DNA of 43,285 bases from Gemmatimonadales bacterium. GTDB taxonomy: Bacteria > Gemmatimonadota > Gemmatimonadetes > Gemmatimonadales > GWC2-71-9. Shown one piece after another: positions 8,621-17,297 of this stretch. How positions within the stretch are numbered: the stretch's first letter is position 1; the number at the start of each line of letters is the position of its first letter. A program made the translations under genes and the position numbers. The notes beneath the pieces were generated by a model that was not told the origin of the DNA, ran no database searches, and was given only the letters and a program-made list of their open reading frames with translations. Location of the stretch: NCBI GenBank assembly GCA_036443495.1, contig JAZFYL010000006.1, positions 1 to 43,285 on the forward strand, written 5' to 3'.

Positions 8621-9963
8621 ATCGCCTCCACCGCACGGCGGAACTCCGTGCCGCGCTCTTCGTAATTGGAGAACATGTCGAAGCTCGAGCACGCCGGGGA
8701 CAGCAGCACGGCGTCCCCTGGACGCGCCAACGTGCGAGCTCGTTCGATGACGTCCTCGAAACTCCCTTCGGTGTGAACCGGGACGATGTCGCCCAGATCC
8801 CTTACCACGAAGGGTTGCGCCTCGCCGAAAGCTACCACTGCCTGGCACCGTCCCAACGTCGGCGCCAATGAAGAATACGGGACTCCCTTGTGCCGGCCGC
8901 CCAGGAGCAACACGAATGGCTGATCCACCGCCGCGGTCGCCATGACCGTAGATCCTACGTTGGTGGCCTTCGAGTCGTTGATCCAGAGGACCCGATCCAC
9001 CGTGCGCACCGGCTCCAGGCGGTGGGCCAGCGGACGAAACGATGTCAGAGCCCGGCCCAGGGACTCGAGCGGGGCGCCTGCCGCCTGGGCCGCCAGGATG
9101 GCCGCCAGAGCATTGGACACGTTGTGCATGCCCAGCAGTCGGAGATCCGACCGTCGCAACACCTCGACGTCTCTGACCACCAGTGCCAGTATGTGGGGGT
9201 CATACCGGGCATCGGCTGGCCCTGACGTGCTGAAGGTCAAATGCCGCCCGGGAACCCCCTCCGCGACCCTGCTCACCTCAGGGTCGTCAGCGTTGATGAC
9301 CCATACGGAATCCACGGTGGCGTTTCGGAAGAGGTTCGCTTTATCCGCGTAGTACTGTTCGAGCGAATCGTAACGGTCGAGGTGATCTGGAACGAGGTTG
9401 GTGAAGATGCCGACGGCTGGGGCGAGGTGTGGAGCGTCGTGTAGCTGGAAGGACGATAACTCCACTACGACCCATCCCGGCGGATGTTCCTCGCCGGCGA
9501 CCAGGCTGAGCGGCAGCCCGATGTTGCCCGCCGCGACGGCGCCCACCCCCGTTTCGTGCAGCAGGTGCGCCACAAGTGCCGTGGTGGTGGTCTTCCCGTT
9601 CGTTCCCGTCACCCCCACGATCCGCGTCGAGGGGGGCAATGCGCGTGCCGCGACATCCACCTCGGCATACACGGGCGTACCCGCTTTCTTGGCGGCGAGG
9701 ATCGGGGATGCGGTCGGCGGAACCCCCGGCGACACCACCACCGCGATGGATGTGCCGATCCGTGCCAGGTCGTGGGTACCCAAATCCACTACCACGCCGT
9801 CGGCCTGGAGCGCCTCCACTGCGGAGTCCGCTATCGCGAGCGACTCGTCGGAGGCGTACACCTGGACACCATGCCGGGAGAGGAGGCCGGACACGGCCAC
9901 GCCACTTCGGCCGAGGCCGATGACAGCCACTTCCCTGCCGGCACCGATCCACTCGTCGAACAT
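8617..9963 (-). CDS. murD: UDP-MurNAc-L-Ala--D-Glu ligase MurD
   Basis: 'VAVIGLGRSGVAVSGLL', 'VGVTGTNGKTTTTAL', 'NDSKATNVGS'. Starts at the ATG at 9963 (MFDEWIGAG), a 1-nt overlap with the mraY stop. The 820-aa track ORF is a frame run-on. Confidence 0.9.
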   Translation of the reverse strand: MFDEWIGAGREVAVIGLGRSGVAVSGLLSRHGVQVYASDESLAIADSAVEALQADGVVVDLGTHDLARIGTSIAVVVSPGVPPTASPILAAKKAGTPVYAEVDVAARALPPSTRIVGVTGTNGKTTTTALVAHLLHETGVGAVAAGNIGLPLSLVAGEEHPPGWVVVELSSFQLHDAPHLAPAVGIFTNLVPDHLDRYDSLEQYYADKANLFRNATVDSVWVINADDPEVSRVAEGVPGRHLTFSTSGPADARYDPHILALVVRDVEVLRRSDLRLLGMHNVSNALAAILAAQAAGAPLESLGRALTSFRPLAHRLEPVRTVDRVLWINDSKATNVGSTVMATAAVDQPFVLLLGGRHKGVPYSSLAPTLGRCQAVVAFGEAQPFVVRDLGDIVPVHTEGSFEDVIERARTLARPGDAVLLSPACSSFDMFSNYEERGTEFRRAVEAM

Positions 9964-11090
9964 CACCGGATCTTGAGCGTCGACAGGGCAACGAGGGCGC
10001 AGACGATACCCACGATATAGAACCGGGTAACCACGGTCGTCTCCCGCCATCCAAGCTTCTCGAAGTGGTGGTGGAGCGGAGCCATCCGGAAAACCCTGTG
10101 CGCGTCGGCGTACTCCCTCCCCCGGGTTCGCTTGAACCACTTGTAGGTGCCTGTTTGGACCAACACCGAAGCCGTCTCGGCCGCGAATACTCCGCCGATG
10201 AGCAGGAGGAGAAATTCCGCCTTCAGGAGGATGGCGACTGTTCCCAGCGCGCCGCCGATTGCGAGGCTGCCGGTATCTCCCATGAACACCGTCGCCGGAT
10301 GAGCGTTGAACCAGAGGAAGCCGAGGCTGGCCCCCATCAAGGCAGCGCAGAAGATCGTCAATTCCCCCGCGCCAGGCAGGTAGAACAAGTTCAAGTACTG
10401 CGTCACGTCTACCCGTCCGAAGATGTAGGCGAAGATCCCGAACGCGGCGGCGGCGACCGCCGTCAGTCCGGTGGCAAGCCCATCGAGACCGTCCGTCAAA
10501 TTGACCGCGTTGGTGCTCCCAGTGATGACGAACGTGACGAAGAACACGAAGAGTGCCGGCGTGAAAACGACGACGACATATTTGAAGAAGGGGATGGTGG
10601 TCCCGCTGGCGGGCATGATCTCGGTCGACACGACGGGGTCGAAGATCAGAATGAGCCCCAGGACCAAGCCAAAGGTCGACTGACCCAGGAGTTTCCACTT
10701 GGCAACAAGACCCTGCGACTTTCCCTCGACGATCTTGAGGTAATCGTCCAGGAAGCCGATGGCGCCCATCCACAACGTGGCGAAGATCGCCACAAACACG
10801 AATCGGTTGTCCAGTCGAGCCCACAGAATCGTCGGCACCACGGTCGCCAGGATTATGATCAACCCGCCCATGGTGGGGGTGCCACGCTTTTCCTGGTGGC
10901 TGGCCGGGCCGTCGGCCCGGACCACCTGCCCCACTTTCCGGGCCTTTAGCTGAGCAATGATGGTCGGCCCGACCAAGAAGGCCAACAGCATGGCTGTCAC
11001 CATCGCGCCGGCCGCCCGGAAGCTGATGTAGTTGAACAGATTGAAAACGATATGGGTCGAACTGAGAGGGGCCAGCCAATAGTAGAACAT
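9963..11090 (-). CDS. mraY: Phospho-MurNAc-pentapeptide translocase MraY
   Basis: 'FLDDYLKIV', 'NAVNLTDGLDGLA', 'MGDTGSLAIGGALG', 'APLHHHFE'. Confidence 0.95.
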   Translation of the reverse strand: MFYYWLAPLSSTHIVFNLFNYISFRAAGAMVTAMLLAFLVGPTIIAQLKARKVGQVVRADGPASHQEKRGTPTMGGLIIILATVVPTILWARLDNRFVFVAIFATLWMGAIGFLDDYLKIVEGKSQGLVAKWKLLGQSTFGLVLGLILIFDPVVSTEIMPASGTTIPFFKYVVVVFTPALFVFFVTFVITGSTNAVNLTDGLDGLATGLTAVAAAAFGIFAYIFGRVDVTQYLNLFYLPGAGELTIFCAALMGASLGFLWFNAHPATVFMGDTGSLAIGGALGTVAILLKAEFLLLLIGGVFAAETASVLVQTGTYKWFKRTRGREYADAHRVFRMAPLHHHFEKLGWRETTVVTRFYIVGIVCALVALSTLKIR

Positions 11091-11096
11091 GGGGCC

Positions 11097-12455
11097 TCAG
11101 CCGTCGGTGAAGGAGTCGCGGTTCCGCAAGTACGGAAGTATACCTTCGAGCGCGACCCCCCGGGATGCCTTGAGCACGACCGTGTCATCGGGTTCGAGCA
11201 TGGGCGCCAGCGTCTGTCCCAGCGTGGCAACGTCTCCGGCGGTCACGAGACGGTCTCCCAAACGATCGGCCCAGGGCTCAAACGCGGCAACGAAGTCGCC
11301 TACCGCTCCAATCAGGTCTGGCCCGGACTCTACCAGTTCTCTTGCAACGGCAGCATGATACGCCGGCGCTTCCGCTCCCAGCTCTCGCATCGTCCCCACC
11401 ACCCAAACCAGTCGGCCGTTTCGCTGTATCGATCCCGCCAGACCGATCGCGGCTTGAAACGACTCCGGGTTGGCGTTGTAGCAATCATCGATGATGGTGA
11501 GGCCGGCCTCCCGGAAAACATCGCCGCGACCGGACGGGAGCCGAATGTCTTCCAGGGCTCCTGCGGCGGCGAGCGGATCGAGATCCAGTTCCCGGACCAT
11601 GGCCCAGGCGAGCATGGCATTGGCAGCCAGGTGACGCCCGGAAACCGGCAATCGGAAGCGGAGATGGTCGACCTGAACCGTCGCCCGGCCGGCAGCATCG
11701 TACTGCACCGCCGTGGGGTGGACATCCCCATCCTCGAGCCCGGCGGAGAGGACCCTGTGCGCCACTTCGGTCGCCCTGGAAGAGAGGTCGGGAGGTTCCC
11801 GCCCCACGACCACGAGCGGAACGTTTTCCGCCAATGCCAGTTTCTCCCGGAACACTCCTTCCAACGACCCGAACCCCTCCAGGTGCGCCGCGCCTACATT
11901 GGTGATGACCGCCACGGTCGGCTCGATGATTTCCCGGTACCGGCCGACTTCTCCCGGCACGCTAGCGCCGGCTTCGATCACCAGCGCTTCGGTATCGGCC
12001 GGCGCCCCTAGAATGGTGAGCGGGATGCCGATCAGGTTGTTGAGGTTCGCCGGAGTTTGGTGGGTCGCGTAGCGGGTACGGAGTACCGCCGCGATCATTT
12101 CCTTGGTACTGGTCTTCCCGTTGCTTCCCGTGACTGCCACGACCGGACCCGTGATTGACTGCCGGTGGTATCTTGCCAGTTCGCCCAACGCGTGGAGGGG
12201 ATCGTCCACCTCGACCAACGTTAGCCCCGGTACCGGAGGGGTTCCCGTTCGCACGACTGCCGCCGTGGCCCCCCGATCTCGCGCCGTTTCGAGGTGATCA
12301 TGTCCGTCGAACCGGGGGCCCTCGAGCGCGACGAACAGCGCACCCGGTGCCAACGTGCGTGTATCGGTGGAGATACTCGGGAAAGCCGCGGGCGGATCCA
12401 TCGCCGGCTCGGAAGTGCCCAACGCCCGGCGGACGAACTCCTCGGACCAAGCCAT
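11097..12455 (-). CDS. murF: UDP-MurNAc-tripeptide--D-Ala-D-Ala ligase MurF
   Basis: 'VAVTGSNGKTSTKEM' and 'IDDCYNANPES'. Lies between murE and mraY. Confidence 0.9.
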   Translation of the reverse strand: MAWSEEFVRRALGTSEPAMDPPAAFPSISTDTRTLAPGALFVALEGPRFDGHDHLETARDRGATAAVVRTGTPPVPGLTLVEVDDPLHALGELARYHRQSITGPVVAVTGSNGKTSTKEMIAAVLRTRYATHQTPANLNNLIGIPLTILGAPADTEALVIEAGASVPGEVGRYREIIEPTVAVITNVGAAHLEGFGSLEGVFREKLALAENVPLVVVGREPPDLSSRATEVAHRVLSAGLEDGDVHPTAVQYDAAGRATVQVDHLRFRLPVSGRHLAANAMLAWAMVRELDLDPLAAAGALEDIRLPSGRGDVFREAGLTIIDDCYNANPESFQAAIGLAGSIQRNGRLVWVVGTMRELGAEAPAYHAAVARELVESGPDLIGAVGDFVAAFEPWADRLGDRLVTAGDVATLGQTLAPMLEPDDTVVLKASRGVALEGILPYLRNRDSFTDG

Positions 12456-13906
12456 CAGGATCCGACCAGGTCTTGGACGATGGAGACCTCGTCGAACGGG
12501 TGACGCTCCTGTCCAATGATCTGGTAGGTCTCATGCCCCTTCCCGGCCAAGAGCACGGTATCCTCGCTTCGGGCCGCGTTCAGGGCCGCCTCAATCGCCT
12601 CCCGGCGATCGGTGATTCTGATGTGGCCGTCGGCCATTCCCTGTTCCACGTCATCGAGTATCGCCTCGGGATCCTCGGTCCGCGGATTGTCCGAAGTCAG
12701 AACCGGCAGGTCCGCCCACTCCGAAGCAATGCGACCCATGATCGGCCGCTTGCCTCGATCACGATCGCCGCCGCATCCGAACACGACTATCAGCCGGCCC
12801 CGGACGAGCGGTTTGAGCGATCGCAGGACCCTCTCGAGCGCGTCGGGCGTGTGGGCATAGTCCCGCAATACGGGGCACGGCCGTCCGCTGATCAAATCCA
12901 TACGCCCCGGCACCTGTGGCGCCGACTCCAACCGTCTGGCCACCGCTCCAATGTCCAGCCCGAGCGACAGGGCACACGCCGCGGCTCCCAGCGCATTGTG
13001 GACGTTGAACCCACCGAGAAGGGGCAAGGCGATGACCCGGGTACCGAAGTTCCCGGTCAGCTCGAAACGGCTGCCCGAGGAGTCCATGCTGAGATGGCCG
13101 GCTCGCACGTCGGCCTCGACCTCGATTCCGAACGTCACGACCCGGGGGGCGGACACATCGCCCCAGGAATCGTCGTCGCGATTCACGATCGCTACGCCGT
13201 CCGGGGCTAGGTAATCCGCCAGCCGGAGTTTGGCAGCCCGATAGGCCTCCATGGTCCCGTGATAGTCGAGATGATCGCGGCTCAGGTTGGTGAAGATCAC
13301 CGCGGCAAAGGTGAGCCCGTCCAGGCGACCCTGTTCGAGGCTGTGGGAGGAGGCCTCCAGCGCTACCGTGAGCGTCCCCCGGGCCACGAGGCTCGCGAGA
13401 GTGGCTTGGAGATCGACAGCCCCCGGTGTGGTGAGCAGGCCGGCACTCGACGGCACCGGTTCGCCCAATCCATCGAAGGCGCCGAGCGTGCCTATAGTAC
13501 CGACCGTTTCCCGTTCGTTCAGCAGGTGACGGACCAGTTGGATGGTCGTCGTCTTGCCATTCGTGCCGGTGATGCCAATGAGATCGAGCCGGTCGGCCGG
13601 CTTGCCGTACCACTCCTCGGCCAGGACGAGCGCCGCACGGCGGGCGTCATGCACCACCACCTCGGGGACCGTTGGGCTCACTCCCGGGCGCTCGACAACC
13701 ACAGCCGTGGCGCCCCGGCGCACGGCATCGTCGAGAAACCGATGACCATCGGTGTCGCTTCCGGGAACGGCTACGAAGACGTCGCCAACGGCCACGGTCC
13801 GACTGTCGGTCTGAACCCCGCTGATATCGGCCCCCGTGTCGGGACGGGACACGACGAGCCCTTCGCGTTGCAAAGCCGCGAGCATCTCCGGCCAGGTGAA
13901 CGACAT
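12455..13906 (-). CDS. murE: UDP-MurNAc-L-Ala-D-Glu--2,6-diaminopimelate ligase MurE
   Basis: 'IGITGTNGKTTT', 'DYAHTPDALE', 'FGCGGDRDRGKRP', 'TSDNPRTEDP'. Confidence 0.92.
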   Translation of the reverse strand: MSFTWPEMLAALQREGLVVSRPDTGADISGVQTDSRTVAVGDVFVAVPGSDTDGHRFLDDAVRRGATAVVVERPGVSPTVPEVVVHDARRAALVLAEEWYGKPADRLDLIGITGTNGKTTTIQLVRHLLNERETVGTIGTLGAFDGLGEPVPSSAGLLTTPGAVDLQATLASLVARGTLTVALEASSHSLEQGRLDGLTFAAVIFTNLSRDHLDYHGTMEAYRAAKLRLADYLAPDGVAIVNRDDDSWGDVSAPRVVTFGIEVEADVRAGHLSMDSSGSRFELTGNFGTRVIALPLLGGFNVHNALGAAACALSLGLDIGAVARRLESAPQVPGRMDLISGRPCPVLRDYAHTPDALERVLRSLKPLVRGRLIVVFGCGGDRDRGKRPIMGRIASEWADLPVLTSDNPRTEDPEAILDDVEQGMADGHIRITDRREAIEAALNAARSEDTVLLAGKGHETYQIIGQERHPFDEVSIVQDLVGS

Positions 13907-13907
13907 G

Positions 13908-15899
13908 TCAGTTGGTCCACACGATGACGGTCCGACCGACCCTCAACGATTCGCCTACTGCCGGCGCACTCTGGACGATGCGCTCTCCCACGCCCCGCAA
14001 CGATACCTGGTAGCCCTGCTGATGCAGCTGGCGCACGGCGTCCCGTATCCCCAGACCGATGACCCCGGGGACCCGGTGGACGGCTTTATCAGTCTCGGCC
14101 ACGGGCTCGGGCGGCCAGGAGCGGGCGATCGGGGACGAAGGTGGGGCCGGATCCGCCGTCAATCGCGCCCGCCCCGAGCTTGAAGCATCTACCCGTTCCC
14201 CGGAGGCGACGAGCCGCGAGCGATCGATGGCGATACGACGCGAGGCCAGCGCCTCGTTGAGCATCTGGCGGACGACCGGAGCCGCCACCTGCGAGCCGTA
14301 GTAGCCGCGCCGCGACCGGTCGACCTTGACGATCACCACCAACTGCGGGTCGTCGCCCGGAAAGAGGGCGGCGAAGGACGAGCGATGGGCATTGATGTAC
14401 CTACCACCTTCCGTTATCCGGGCGGTGCCGGTCTTGCCGGCGAGCTGATAGTTCTGCAGTTGCCCCCGTTCCCCGGTGCCCCCCTCCCCGACAGCGTCGC
14501 GCAGATAATGGAGCAACTCGCGGGCGATCTCCCCCGGTACCGCTCGCCGTATCGGTTCGGGTTGATGGCGATACACCACTTGGCCGTCCGGGTCCCGGAT
14601 CTCCTTCACCAGAGTTGGGGCGAGCAGGATCCCATCATTGGCAATCGCCCCATACGCCACCGCCAACTGCATGGGCGTCACGGAAAACTCGTACCCCATG
14701 GCGATACTGGCACGGCTCCCCCTGGATGGTCGCCATTCTTCGGGGTAGCGCAGACGGCCGCGGGACTCCGACGGGAATTCGATCCCGGTTGGGCTCCCGA
14801 AGCCAAACGCCCGGAGCGTCTGGTACTGCTCGACCGGGGTCAGCCGCTGTGACAACTTCGCCATGACGATGTTGCTGCTCACTTGCACCGCTTCAGCGAG
14901 GTTCAGAGTGCCTTCCTCTTGGTGAGAGTCCTCGATGATTCGCCAATGACTCGCCCTGGTGGGTTCCTCGACCAGCGGCATACGCCACCTTCCACCTTCG
15001 GCGCTCTCCCGTACCGATGAGTCCACCCGTTCCCAGAGCAACAAGGCCGCCGCGGTGAAGAGCTTTGCCGTCGATCCGGGTTCGAAGGTCGTGGTGATGG
15101 CGGACGGTGAAGCGGTGGCGCCACCGGCGGTCAGCGAGGCCACGGCCAGCAGTTCCCCGGTGGCAGGATCGAGAAAGACGACGTCGCCCGCGCTGGCCTC
15201 GAACCGCTCGATGACGCTTTCCAGCCCCCGTTCGGCGATGTCCTGGAGTTCAGCATCCAGAGTGAGGTAGATATCGAACCCCGCTATCGGCTCGTCGATC
15301 CGGCGCCCGGGCGACGGGTAGCGCCGGCCCCTCGAATCCCGCAACACGACCGCTTCCCCCGGCACTCCGGCCAACACCGAGTCGAGGTACAACTCCAACC
15401 CATCGGCCGCCCGCCCGTCGGCATCGAGTCTCCCGATGATCGGCCGGGCGAGTTCGGAGGAGGGGTGAAAGCGAAGCAGTTCCAGTTCCAGGTGGACGCC
15501 CGCCAGACCCCGCAGGGGCTCGACCTGGGAAGCCGTGTAGGGCCCGCGGTAGTAGAGCCAGGACCTGCCACTCCGAAGGTCGGCTCGCATGCGGCTGGTT
15601 GTGCGTTTGAGCTGGCGGGCCAACACCCGGGCGGTACTGTCGAGCGCCTGGACCTCACGAGGGGCCACCCCGATGTGATAGTACGCGTGGGTGATGGCCA
15701 GTGGCTCGCCGTGGCGGTCGAAAATGGTCCCCCGCCGTGCAGGAAGCTCCTCGCGAACCAGCAGTTGTGATTCGGACTTATCGGCCCAGCTGCGACCCTC
15801 GGCCAGTTGGATCTGCGCGGCCCGGAAAACAATCGCGGCCAAGGCCACACCGAAAAGAACTTCCAGGACACGAACCCGGTGGGCGGGCTTCACTTTCAC
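13908..15899 (-). CDS. ftsI: Class B penicillin-binding protein FtsI with a C-terminal PASTA-like domain
   Basis: N-terminal TM 'VLEVLFGVALAAIVF'. Transpeptidase motifs 'STAKLF' (SxxK), 'SSN' and 'KTGTA'. C-terminal 'VPGVIGLGIRDAVRQLHQQGYQVSLRGVGERIVQSAPAVGESLRVGRTVIVW' resembles PASTA. Confidence 0.9.
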   Translation of the reverse strand: MKVKPAHRVRVLEVLFGVALAAIVFRAAQIQLAEGRSWADKSESQLLVREELPARRGTIFDRHGEPLAITHAYYHIGVAPREVQALDSTARVLARQLKRTTSRMRADLRSGRSWLYYRGPYTASQVEPLRGLAGVHLELELLRFHPSSELARPIIGRLDADGRAADGLELYLDSVLAGVPGEAVVLRDSRGRRYPSPGRRIDEPIAGFDIYLTLDAELQDIAERGLESVIERFEASAGDVVFLDPATGELLAVASLTAGGATASPSAITTTFEPGSTAKLFTAAALLLWERVDSSVRESAEGGRWRMPLVEEPTRASHWRIIEDSHQEEGTLNLAEAVQVSSNIVMAKLSQRLTPVEQYQTLRAFGFGSPTGIEFPSESRGRLRYPEEWRPSRGSRASIAMGYEFSVTPMQLAVAYGAIANDGILLAPTLVKEIRDPDGQVVYRHQPEPIRRAVPGEIARELLHYLRDAVGEGGTGERGQLQNYQLAGKTGTARITEGGRYINAHRSSFAALFPGDDPQLVVIVKVDRSRRGYYGSQVAAPVVRQMLNEALASRRIAIDRSRLVASGERVDASSSGRARLTADPAPPSSPIARSWPPEPVAETDKAVHRVPGVIGLGIRDAVRQLHQQGYQVSLRGVGERIVQSAPAVGESLRVGRTVIVWTN

Positions 15900-16189
15900 G
15901 GCGCGTCCTCAAGATCCGGGAGAGTGAACAGCACGTACTCGCTGTCCGTTGGGCGTCGCAGACCCAACCGCCGTTCCACAAGCGGTACCAATACTGCCCG
16001 GCTCGAAGCCTGCCGCACCCGCCGAACAAGCTCCGCCTGTTTGGCCTCGAGAGTCAATCGGTCCTGCCGGAGTTGAGCAAGACGCCTGGCGCTACGGTAA
16101 CTGACGGTGTCACGAGCGATGACGACCCCGGCTACCACCAGGAACGCCACGAGCCACAGAAACACCCAGTGTCGCCCTTTAGGCTTCAT
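15896..16189 (-). CDS. ftsL: FtsL-like small bitopic division protein
   Basis: Start taken at MKPKGRHW (16189). TM 'VFLWLVAFLVVAGVVI' followed by the coiled-coil-like 'LAQLRQDRLTLEAKQAELVRRV'. Canonical position between rsmH and ftsI, with a 4-nt overlap with ftsI. Confidence 0.55.
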   Translation of the reverse strand: MKPKGRHWVFLWLVAFLVVAGVVIARDTVSYRSARRLAQLRQDRLTLEAKQAELVRRVRQASSRAVLVPLVERRLGLRRPTDSEYVLFTLPDLEDAP

Positions 16190-17090
16190 TCCCTGATACC
16201 TGAAAAATCCTGAGTTTGGCGCTCCGCGCCCGGGGGTTGGCCGCAACCTCCGCCTGCTCGGGCACGACGGGCTTACGTGGTATGGCCCGTCCCAGGGGCA
16301 CCCCGCGACAGGTACAGACCGGCTGGTGAGGCGGGCACACGCAGGATCGAGCCCATGAGTGGAATGCCTGTTTGACGATCCGATCCTCGCCTGAATGATA
16401 ACTGATCACCGCTAATCTCCCACAGGGGGAAAGCGAGTCCCGCATGCTCGGCAAGGCGGCCGCCAAGCCGGTGAGTTCGTCGTTGACGGCGATCCGGAGT
16501 GCCTGAAAGATGCGAGCGAAATCGGCCGGCCCCGAGCGTGGCCCCAGAACGGCCCGGACGGCGTTTACCAAATCATCGCTCGTGGCGAAGGCGTGGCGTT
16601 GCCGTCTTCGGTCGATTTCTCTGGCCATGCGCCGTGCTCTGCGTTCGTCAGCATAGTCGGCCAGGATGCGTTGCAGCTCCTCAACCGGGGCATCGTTCAG
16701 CCAGTCAGCGGCGCTTTGACCCGTGCCGTCCATCCGCATGTCCAGCGGCGATCCGGGGCGGAAGGTGAACCCGCGGTCCTCCTGGTCGAACTGCCGCGAG
16801 GAGACACCCAGATCCAGGAGGATGAAGTCGGGTCTGAAGCCCCGGATAGCCTCCAAAGCTTCCGGGTCGGCGTAGGAGGCCTGGATCAGCCGCACCTCAC
16901 GGCCGAGGCGCTCTCGGGCAACCGCGATTGCCGCGGGATCGCGATCAATCCCCAAGAGCTCGACACCCGGCCTCTCGAGGAGGGCTGCCGCATGCCCGCC
17001 ATCACCCACAGTGCCGTCGACCACACGACATGCTCCCTGGGCCTCAGCAACGACCCGCTCGACCAGGACCGGCTCATGATGCTCGGGCAT
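16179..17090 (-). CDS. rsmH: 16S rRNA m4C1402 methyltransferase RsmH (MraW)
   Basis: 'HEPVLVERVV', 'DGTVGDGGHA', 'LLDLGVSSRQFD', 'ISYHSGEDRIVK'. Starts at the ATG at 17090 (MPEHHEP) with GGGGAG upstream. The longer track ORF runs through a terminator. Confidence 0.9.
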   Translation of the reverse strand: MPEHHEPVLVERVVAEAQGACRVVDGTVGDGGHAAALLERPGVELLGIDRDPAAIAVARERLGREVRLIQASYADPEALEAIRGFRPDFILLDLGVSSRQFDQEDRGFTFRPGSPLDMRMDGTGQSAADWLNDAPVEELQRILADYADERRARRMAREIDRRRQRHAFATSDDLVNAVRAVLGPRSGPADFARIFQALRIAVNDELTGLAAALPSMRDSLSPCGRLAVISYHSGEDRIVKQAFHSWARSCVCPPHQPVCTCRGVPLGRAIPRKPVVPEQAEVAANPRARSAKLRIFQVSGNEA

Positions 17091-17113
17091 GGGCACTCCC
17101 CGGGGAGAACCCC

Positions 17114-17157
17114 ACAAAAAAGAGACACCCTGCGCTGGGGGCGAACAGGGTGTCTCT
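17114..17157 (-). terminator. Rho-independent terminator between tRNA-Asp and rsmH
   Basis: The minus-strand RNA reads AGAGACACCCUG-UUCGCCCCCAGCG-CAGGGUGUCUCU-UUUUUGU. That is a perfect 12-bp stem (17121-17132 / 17146-17157), a 13-nt loop and a U-tract (17116-17120). Confidence 0.75.
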
Positions 17158-17168
17158 CGAAGTTGCAA

Positions 17169-17243
17169 CGGGGCTGACGGGACTCGAACCCGCGACCTCC
17201 GCAGTGACAGTGCGGCACTCTAACCAAACTGAGCTACAGCCCC
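17169..17243 (-). tRNA. tRNA-Asp (anticodon GTC), CCA not encoded
   Basis: Hand-folded cloverleaf: acceptor GGGGCTG/CAGCCCC, D arm GCTC..GAGT, anticodon arm CCGCA-CTGTCAC-TGCGG, T arm GCGGG-TTCGAGT-CCCGT, discriminator G. Confidence 0.9.
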
Positions 17244-17297
17244 CGGTGTGGAGCACCGCAATATAGATGGGGAATCTGCGCGGAGAAACCCCTCTCG

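Noticed and set aside
8617-11079. 820-aa minus-strand ORF that looks like a giant fusion protein.
   Set aside because: Only the C-terminal 448 aa (from MFDEWIGAG at 9963) are MurD. The N-terminal part is an alternative frame of mraY with no motifs, and mraY itself (9963-11090) is clearly the real gene there.
17091-17168. N-terminal extension of rsmH (track ORF start 17168).
   Set aside because: The extension would be translated through the 12-bp-stem intrinsic terminator. The conserved RsmH N-terminus 'HEPVL' begins right after the ATG at 17090.
17244-17297. TATATT (17265-17260, minus strand) as a -10 element for a tRNA-Asp promoter.
   Set aside because: It is plausibly placed 17 nt upstream of the mature 5' end, but the best -35 at 17-nt spacing (TTTCTC) matches only 3 of 6 positions. 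That is too weak to list as a feature.
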